Shown in pieces: positions 54,101-64,000 of a stretch of DNA of 64,000 nt (the stretch's first letter is position 1; the number at the start of each line of letters is the position of its first letter). A program made the translations under genes and the position numbers. The DNA comes from Squalus acanthias. Taxonomy: Eukaryota. The stretch covers positions 56,670,001 to 56,734,000 of the forward strand of contig CM059438.1 in assembly GCA_030390025.1 (NCBI GenBank), given 5' to 3'. The notes beneath the pieces were generated by a model, which saw only the letters and a list, made by a program, of their open reading frames with translations, did no database searches and was not told the origin of the DNA.

Positions 54101-57100
54101 CACACTGCCCAAGACATCATCATACAGTGACACACACACTGCCCTAGACATTATCATAGTGACACACACACTGCCCGAGACATTATCATAGTGACACACA
54201 CACTGCCCTAGACATTATCATAGTGACACACACACTGCCCTAGACATTATCATACAGTGACACACACACTGCCCTAGACATTATCATAGTGACACACACA
54301 CTGCCCTAGACATTATCATAGCGACACACACACTGCCCGAGACATCATCTTAGTGACACACACACTGCCCTCGACATTATCATACAGTGACACACACACT
54401 GCCCTAGACATTATCATAGTGACACACACGCTGCCCTAGACATCATAGTGACACACACACTGCCCTAGACATTATCATACAGTGACACACACACTGCCCT
54501 AGACATTACCAGTGACACACACACTGCCCTAGACATTATCATACAGTGACACACACACTGCTCTAGACATTATCATAGTGACACCCACACTGCCCTAGAT
54601 ATTATCATAGTGACACACACACTGCCCTAGACATTATCATACAGTGACACACACTGCCCTAGACATTATCACAGTGACACACACACTGCCCTAGACATTA
54701 TCATAGTGACACACACTGCCCTAGACATTATCATAGTGACACACACACTGCCCTAGACATCATAGTGACACACACACTGCCCTAGACATTATCATCGTGA
54801 CACACACACTGCCCTAGACATCATAGTGACGCACACACTGCCCTAGACATTATCATTGTGACACACACACTGCCCTAGACATTATCATACAGTGACACAC
54901 ACTGCCCTAGACATTATCACAGTGACACACACACTGCCCTAGACATTATCATAGTGACACACACTGCCCTAGACATTATCATAGTGACACACACACACTG
55001 CCGTAGACATTATCATACTGTGACACACACATTGCCCGAGACATTATCATAGTGACACACACACTGCCCTAGACATTATCATAGCGACACACACACACTG
55101 CCCTAGACATTATCACAGTGACACACACACTGCCCTAGACATTATCATCGTGACACACACACTGCCCTAGACATTATCATAGTGACACACATACTGCCCT
55201 AGACATTATCATAGCGACACACACACTGCCCTAAACATTATCATAGCGACACACACACTGCCCTAGACATTATCATAGCGACACACACACTGCCCTAGAC
55301 ATTATCATAGCGACACACAGACACTGCCCTAGCCATTATCATAGTGACACACACACTGCCCTAGACATTATCATACAGTGACACACACTGCCCGAGACAT
55401 TATCATAGCGACACACACACTGCCCTAGACATTATCATAGCGACACACAGACACTGCCCTAGACATTATCATAGTGACACACACACTGCCCTCGACATCA
55501 TAGTGACACACACACTGCCCTAGACATTATCATCGTGACACACACACTGCCCTAGACATCATAGTGACGCACACACTGCCCTAGACATTATCATAGCGAC
55601 ACACAGACACTGCCCTAGACATTATCATAGTGACACACACACTGCCCTCGACATCATAGTGACACACACACTGCCCTAGACATTATCATCGTGACACACA
55701 CACTGCCTTAGACATCATCATACAGTGACACACACACTGCCCAAGACATCATCATAGTGACACACACACTGCCCGAGACATTATCATAGTGACACACACA
55801 CTGCCCTAGACATTATCATAGCGACACACACACTGCCCGAGACATCATCATAGTGACACACACACTGCCCTCGACATTATGATACAGTGACACACACACT
55901 GCCCTAGACATTATCATAGTGACACACACACTGCCCTAGACATCATAGTGACACACACACTGCCCTAGACATTATCATACAGTGACACACACACTGCCCT
56001 AGACATTACCAGTGACACACACACTGCCCTCGACATTATCATACAGTGACACACACACTGCTCTAGACATTATCATAGTGACACCCACACTGCCCTAGAC
56101 ATTATCATCGTGACACACACACTGCCCTAGACATTATCATAGTGACACCCACACTGCCCGAGATATCATCATACAGGGACAGACACACTGCCCGAGACAT
56201 TATCATAGTGACACACACACTGCCCTAGACATTATCATAGTGACACACACACAGCCCTAAACATTATCATAGCGACACACACACTGCCCTAGACATTATC
56301 ATAGCGACACACACACTGCCCTAAACATTATCATAGCGACACACACACTGCCCTAGACATTATCATAGCGACACACACACTGCCCTAGACATTATCATAG
56401 CGACACACACACACTGCCCTAGACATTATCACAGTGACACACACACTGCCCTAGACATTATCACAGTGACACACACACTGCCCTAGACATTATCATAGCG
56501 ACACACACACTGCCCTAGACATTATCATACAGTGACACACACTGCCCGAGACATTATCACAGTGACACACACACTGCCCTAGACATTATCATAGTGACAC
56601 ACACACTGCCCTCGACATTATCATACAGTGACACACACACTGCCCTAGACATTATCACAGTGACACACACACTGCCCTAGACATTATCATAGCGACACAC
56701 ACACTGCCCTAGACATTATCATAGCGACACACACAGTGCCCTAGACATTATCATAGTGACACCCCCACTGCCCTAGACATCATCATACAGTGACACACAC
56801 ACTGCCCGAGATATCATCATACAGTGACACACACATTGCCCGAGATATCATCATACAGTGACACACACACTGCCCGAGATATTATCATAGTGACACACAC
56901 ACTGCCCTAGACATTATCATAGTGACACACATACTGCCCTAGATATTATCATACAGTGACACACACACTGCCCAAGATATCATCATACAGTGACAGACAC
57001 ACTGCCCGAGACATTATCATAGTGACACACACACTGCCCTCGACATTATCATAGTGATACACACACACTGCCCGAGACATTATCACAGTGACACACACAC

Positions 57101-59406
57101 TGCCCTAGACATTATCATAGTGACACACACACTGCCCTAGACATTATCATAGTGACACACACACACTGCCCTAGACATTATCATACTGTGACACACACAC
57201 TGCCCTAGACATTATCATAGTGATACACACACACTGCCCTAGACATTATCATAGTGACACACACACTGCCCGAGACATTATCACAGTGACACACACACTG
57301 CCCTAGACATTATCATAGCGACATACACACTGCCCTAGACATTACCAGTGACACACACACTGCCCTAGACATTATCATCGTGACACCCACACTGCCCTAG
57401 ACATTATCATAGTGACACACACACTGCCCTAGACATTATCATACAGTGACACACACACTGCCCTAGACATTATCACAGTGACACACACACACTGCCCTAG
57501 ACATTATCATAGCGACACACACACTGCCCTAAACATTATCATAGCGACACACACACTGCCCTAGACATTATCATAGCGACACACACACACTGCCCTAGAC
57601 ATTATCATAGTGACACACACACTGCCCAAGACATCATAGTGACACACACACTGCCCTCGACATTATAATGACACACACACTACCCTAGACATTATCACAG
57701 TGACACACACACTGCCCTCGACATTATCATACAGTGACACACACACTGCCCTCGACATTATCATAGTGACACACACACTGCCCAAGACATCATAGTGACA
57801 CACACACTGCCCTCGACATTATAATGACACACACACTACCCTAGACATTATCACAGTGACACACACACTGCCTGAGACATCATCATACAGTGACACACAC
57901 ACTGCCCAAGACATCATCATAGTGACACACACACTGCCCGAGACATTATCATAGTGACACACACACTGCCCTAGACATTATCATAGCGACACACACACTG
58001 CCCGAGACATCATCATAGTGACACACACACTGCCCTCGACATTATGATACAGTGACACACACACTGCCCTAGACATTATCATAGTGACACACACACTGCC
58101 CTAGACATCATAGTGACACACACACTGCCCTAGACATTATCATACAGTGACACACACACTGCCCTAGACATTACCAGTGACACACACACTGCCCTCGACA
58201 TTATCATACAGTGACACACACACTGCTCTAGACATTATCATAGTGACACCCACACTGCCCTAGACATTATCATCGTGACACACACACTGCCCTAGACATT
58301 ATCATAGTGACACCCACACTGCCCGAGATATCATCATACAGGGACAGACACACTGCCCGAGACATTATCATAGTGACACACACACTGCCCTAGACATTAT
58401 CATAGTGACACACACACAGCCCTAAACATTATCATAGCGACACACACACTGCCCTAGACATTATCATAGCGACACACACACTGCCCTAAACATTATCATA
58501 GCGACACACACACTGCCCTAGACATTATCATAGCGACACACACACTGCCCTAGACATTATCATAGCGACACACACACACTGCCCTAGACATTATCACAGT
58601 GACACACACACTGCCCTAGACATTATCACAGTGACACACACACTGCCCTAGACATTATCATAGCGACACACACACTGCCCTAGACATTATCATACAGTGA
58701 CACACACTGCCCGAGACATTATCACAGTGACACACACACTGCCCTAGACATTATCATAGTGACACACACACTGCCCTCGACATTATCATACAGTGACACA
58801 CACACTGCCCTAGACATTATCACAGTGACACACACACTGCCCTAGACATTATCATAGCGACACACACACTGCCCTAGACATTATCATAGCGACACACACA
58901 GTGCCCTAGACATTATCATAGTGACACCCACACTGCCCTAGACATCATCATACAGTGACACACACACTGCCCGAGATATCATCATACAGTGACACACACA
59001 TTGCCCGAGATATCATCATACAGTGACACACACACTGCCCGAGATATTATCGTAGTGACACACACACTGCCCTAGACATTATCATAGTGACACACATACT
59101 GCCCTAGATATTATCATACAGTGACACACACACTGCCCGAGATATCATCATACAGTGACAGACACACTGCCCGAGACATTATCATAGTGACACACACACT
59201 GCCCTAGACATTATCATAGTGATACACACACACTGCCCGAGACATTATCACAGTGACACACACACTGCCCTAGACATTATCATAGTGACACACACACTGC
59301 CCTAGACATTATCACAGTGACACACACACTGCCCTAGACATTATCATCGTGACACACACACTGCCCTAGACATTATCATAGTGACACCCACACTGCCCGA
59401 GACATT

Positions 59407-60150
59407 GGCCCAGAAATTGATCTCGCTCTGTTCCCGCGGGGGTAAGGAGCAGGCGCGATCTCTCACTCCGCGTTGGCTTTTTCAGATCCAGCTCGCACGA
59501 ACTTGATGTTCCAGACATCAGCTGGGCAGTGCTTGCGTATCCCACCGGCGTAGTGAATTCGTGCGAGCTGTGGGATCACGTGACTCAGTTAGAGCCAATG
59601 GCAGCACACCATCTTCCATTCATAAGTTTCACATACGTGCTGTGAAATCTATGAATCTTACACCCCCCCAAAATAACAGCTAAACCTCAATTAAATTTTA
59701 AAAAAAAACCATCACATTAATAAAATAAGTATAGTTAAATAAATTAACCATTTTAAATAAAAAATTAAATTTTTGAAAAAATTTAAAATCTTTTAAAAAG
59801 TTATAAAAATAAACTTACCTGTCTTTAAAGTCTCTAAAAAAGATATACCTGTTAAAAAAAATTCAAAAAAATACTTAATTCACTACTTACCTTGTTAAAA
59901 GTGGGTCTTACTCCTCCTTTTTCCATTTCTAAAATCTTCCGTCCTTACCTGCGCGTTCAAAGCACTAAGTGCACAGCGTGCGCGCAGCCTGTAGCGCGCA
60001 CGTGATGCACCGAGGAACCGCCCCCTTTTCCAAAGACCAAGTGCCGGTTTTCAGCGCATGCGCAGGGCATGCAGAAAACCGGCAATTGGAGAGAGAATAC
60101 GCGAGAGTACGCAGTGCGTACTCTCGCGCAGCGGGATCAATTTTTGGCCC
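59407..60150 (-). mobile_element. 744-bp related MITE in the opposite orientation
   Basis: Ends ggcccagaaattg ... caatttttggccc. ATT duplicated at 59404-59406 and 60151-60153. Collinear reverse complement of 41405-42172. Confidence 0.85.
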
Positions 60151-61213
60151 ATTATCATAGTGACACACACACTGCCCTAGACATTATCATAGCGACACAC
60201 ACACTGCCCTAGACATTATCATAGCGACACACACACTGCCCTAGACATTATCATAGCGACACACACACTGCCCTAGACATTATCATAGCGACACACACAC
60301 ACTGCCCGAGACATTATCATAGCGACACACACACTGCCCTAGACATTATCATAGCGACACACACACTGCCCTAGACATTATCATAGTGACACACACACTG
60401 CCCTAGACATTATCATAGAGACACACACACTGCCCTAGACATTATCATAGCGACACACACACTGCCCTAGACATTATCATAGCGACACACACACTGCCCT
60501 AGACATTATCATAGCGACACACACACTGCCCTAGACATTATCATACAGTGACACACACTGCCCGAGACATTATCATAGTGACACACACCCTGCCCTAGAC
60601 ATTATCATCGTGACACACACACTGCCCTAGACGTTATCATAGTGACACACACACTGCCCTAGACATTATCATAGCGACACACACACTGCCCTAGACATTA
60701 TCATAGCGACACACACACTGCCCTAGACATTATCATAGCGACACACACACTGCCCTAGACATTATCATACAGTGACACACACTGCCCGAGACATTATCAT
60801 AGTGACACACACACTGCCCTAGACATCATCATACAGTGACACACACACTGCCCTAGACATTATCATAGTGACACACACACACTGCCCTAGACATTATCAT
60901 AGTGACACACACACTGCCCTAGACATTATCATAGTGACACACACACTGCCCTAGACATCATCATACAGTGACACACACACTGCCCTAGACATTATCATAG
61001 TGACACAAACACTGCCCTAGACATCATCATAGTGACACACACACTGCCCTAGACATTATCACAGTGATACACACACTGCCCTAGACATCATCATACAGTG
61101 ACACACACACTGCCCTAGACATTATCAGGCATTGAGTGATGTGCTGTCACGGATCCAGGGACAGTTAGGGACAGTAGGGTAGTTGGGAACTAATTGGCTG
61201 AGTTAAGGCTGTG

Positions 61214-61950
61214 TCACTGTGTGCTTGCTGACCAACATTGGCTCCCGGTCCGGCAACTCCTCGATTTAAAAATTCTCATTCTTGTTTTCAAATCACACCA
61301 TGGCCTCACCCCCTCCCCATCTCTGTAACCGCTTCCATCCCTACAACCCTCCAAGATCTCTGCATTCCTCCACTTCTGGCTTCTTGCACATCCACCTTTG
61401 ACAGTCATGCCTTCAGCTGTCAAGGCCCTAAACTCTGGAATTCCCTCCCTGAACCTCTCCACCTCTCTGTCTCTTTCTCATCCTTTAAGATGCGCCTCCA
61501 TCTTTCAGATGAGACGTTAAACCGAGGTCCCGTCTGCTCTCTCAGGTGGACGTAAAAGATCCCATGGCACTATTTCGAAGAAGAGCAGGGGAGTTATCCC
61601 TGGTGATAGGCCAATATTTATCCCTCAATCAACATAACAAAAAAACAGATTATCTTTTCATTATCACATTGCTAGTTGTGGGAGATTGCTTTGTGCAATT
61701 GGCTGCCACGTTTTCTACATTACAACAGTGACTACACTTCAAAAGTGCTTCATTGGATGTAAAGTGCTTTGGGACATCCTGAGGTTGTGAAAGGCGCGAT
61801 ATAAATTTCTTTCTTTAAACCTACCTCTTTGACTAAGCTTTTGGTCACCTGTCCTAATATCTTCTTATGTGGCTCGGTGTCAAATTTTGTCTGATTACGC
61901 TCCTGTGAAGGGTCTTGGGAAATTTTACTACGCAAGTTGTTGTTGTTGTC
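61214..61950 (+). mobile_element. L2 LINE 3' end with a nested Deu-type SINE (~61494-61815)
   Basis: AFSCQGPKLWNSLP motif. The L2 tail resumes after the SINE and ends in (gtt)n. Confidence 0.8.
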
Positions 61951-62344
61951 GAAGCAATAATTTTGATCTACCTTTCAGATATCATGAAGTCAGTGCTTTA
62001 CTGAAGTATAAAATGGCAGAAAAACACTTGTGTAGTCGTTGCTGTGGGTGAGACAGCAAGTAGTGCAGGTGGTGCAGTCACTGGGCAAATCTCCCATCCC
62101 AAGCAATATGTCCCAAATGCAGAAAATATTGGAAGACATCGATGGTCAGCTTTAGACCCCTCAGTCTCAGCAGCCACTGGCACAGCATTTTCTGCTACCT
62201 TTTACCCACTACTCCATAGTCACTACTTTAATACCCAGCTGATTAACATAGCGATAAAGGATAAAAGTGCTGTGAAATTATATGAAGATAAAAGTTGAAA
62301 TAATAAATGATTATTTTCCAGAGGTATTTACTGGATAGAATGAG

Positions 62345-62349
62345 AGATC

Positions 62350-62390
<41 letters not shown>

Positions 62391-62660
62391 CACCTTATCA
62401 CATCTCGAAGCAACACCTCAGAGTGTTTTACACAAATTACTTTTGAACTGCAGTCAATATTGTTATGTGGCAGCACGATCCCACACACAGCAGTGAGATT
62501 TGGTGGTGTTGGTTGAGGGATGAATGTTGGTCAAGACACCAGAGGAAACGCCCCGCTCTTCTTCAGAAATTGTCATGGGATCTCTAAAGTCCACTTGAAC
62601 AGGCAGACAGAGCATTGGATTAATGTCTGAGAGGATACTACGAACTTGCTGTAGCACCTA
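62345..62660 (-). mobile_element. Decayed Deu-type SINE with (TA)n microsatellite (~62353-62388) in its tail
   Basis: Reverse SINE core (gctcttcttc..catgggatct) and a TA run. Confidence 0.65.
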
Positions 62661-62679
62661 AATTCCACTTTCTCAGTAT

Positions 62680-63334
62680 TCTAGAAAATGTTGATGTCAA
62701 CATGACAGAGGTACTTTCTAAATTAGAGGGATTTAAGGCAATACATTGCTGAGCCAGCTGGTATATACCCTAGGTATGGAGGTAAGGAAGGATGTTTCCA
62801 GGGCACTGGCTCTCACTATGGTGGAAGCATTGGGCACCACTGAGGTTCTACAGGACTGGAAGAAAGCAAACAGAGTGATGCACAAGACTACCCTTAATCC
62901 AGTACGAAGATTACTGTAAGTAGGGTACTGTTAACTGCTAGGTCACACAACTCAGCAGGGCCTAATTACTGAAAAAGTGCAGCTCCCAGATTGCAGGGAC
63001 AAAGTCCACTTACAGAAACCACTGTGAACCACCTTGGTCAGTTCTGGTCACCTCCCCACCAAAGGGAGACACAGGCATTGGTGAGGGTGCAGAGAAGAAG
63101 GAGCACATAGAGAAGCTCAAGCTGTACAGACTGGAAACAAGGCAGTTTCAAGGTTTGGCGGGGGGACATCCTTAGTATAGATAAGGAAAACCCAGAATAT
63201 TACTTTAACAAGTAAGCCAAGAAAGTAGGATCAGAGGACGGAAATGGAAACTAGTGAAAAGTAAATGTAAAACAGAAAGCAGGAAGAACTTCCCTCAAAT
63301 AGTGAGAAATGTTTGCAATAATCTGCTAAATAGG
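62680..63334 (+). mobile_element. Highly decayed CR1 fragment
   Basis: Remnants DWKKAN and cagttctggtcacc, plus CR1-like 3' coding region. Confidence 0.5.
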
Positions 63335-64000
63335 AAAGCTCTCCACCATTTTACCCTGCAAAACAATGATCCATCTTCTCAACTCCATGCTTAGCAACTG
63401 ACGCTTCCGTGTGTACACTGGCACCCAGAAGAGCAGATATAGGACATTGAACAACGGACTCCCACAGGGTTCTGTCCTGGCACCCATGTTATTCAAAGTT
63501 TACACCAGTGACCTGCCCAAAACAGAGTCCCACAAGTTCGTATACGCTGATGACATTGCCTTGGCCACGCAAAACATGAATCTGTCCGTGACCGAGACCA
63601 CCCTGACCAGTGATTTACAGAGGATGGAGGCCTACTTCCGCCGATGGCGACTTCGGCCAAACTCGCAAAAGACCATCACCTCGACATTCCACCTCAATAC
63701 CCATCGAGCAAGCCAAGCTTTGAAAGTCTCCTTTTGCGGCCCAGAGGTAAGCCATGCCAAAAAAAACTCCTATTTAGGAGTCGTGCTTGATTGCACCCTG
63801 TCATATAGACAGCATCTCCAGAACCTTGGGAAGAAACTAAAGAGTAGGGTCAACTTGATCCAGAAACTCACCGGATCCACATGGGGAGCAGACGCTCAAA
63901 CCCTCCGTAAGGCAGCACTCATCCTGGTGTACTCTACAGCGGAGTACTGCTCTCCGGCATGGCTATCGAGTCCGCATGTCAAATCCGTTGATGTCCAGCT
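63335..64000 (+). mobile_element. Vingi/Ingi-clade LINE reverse transcriptase (runs off window)
   Basis: Open from 63402 to the end: LNNGLPQGSVLAPMLF..FVYADD..RWRLRPNSQKT..FHLN..YLGVVLD..KLTGSTWGADAQTLR..YSTAEYCSPAW. One TGA at 63399. Confidence 0.75.

Larger units (their letters stand above)
40177..61127. repeat. ~21-kb satellite of 32/34-bp monomers (gtgacacacacactgccctagacattatcata[ca]), roughly 600 units, with higher-order structure
   Basis: Read directly. Variant strings recur at 611, 2192 and 5601 bp spacings. Confidence 0.97.

Noticed and set aside
41405..60150. Single composite transposon formed by the two MITEs
   Set aside because: Each copy has its own TIRs and TSD, the copies are diverged, and satellite orientation is the same inside and outside. 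Independent insertions are simpler.
40177..61127. CRISPR-like array of ~32-bp repeats
   Set aside because: Monomers are head-to-tail with no unique spacers, no cas genes, and the context is vertebrate.

Overview
Repeat-dominated vertebrate genomic DNA. The repeat complement (CR1/L2/Tx1/RTE/Vingi LINEs, Deu-type tRNA SINEs, a Penelope element, Harbinger-like MITEs) points to a cartilaginous fish such as a shark; this is inference from family recognition. The only recognisable host coding sequence is the 57-bp first coding exon of a beta-tubulin (MREIVHLQAGQCGNQIGAK, minus strand, 25105-25161). Its promoter looks intact (TATA, CCAAT, GC box, RFX X-box), but I found no exons 2-4 in the 25 kb downstream. 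A CpG island just inside its intron 1 looks like an oppositely oriented promoter/first exon. The right third of the window is a ~21-kb 32/34-bp satellite with nested higher-order duplications. It is interrupted by two inverted, diverged ~750-bp hairpin-rich MITEs inserted at the identical base of the monomer (ATT duplication). Other features: a LINE with a tRNA-like head and no ORF1, a 287-bp local inverted duplication, a decayed hammerhead motif, a duplicated PPT/LTR start and a Vingi-like LINE. Boundaries of decayed repeats are approximate and family names come from motif recognition, not database searches.
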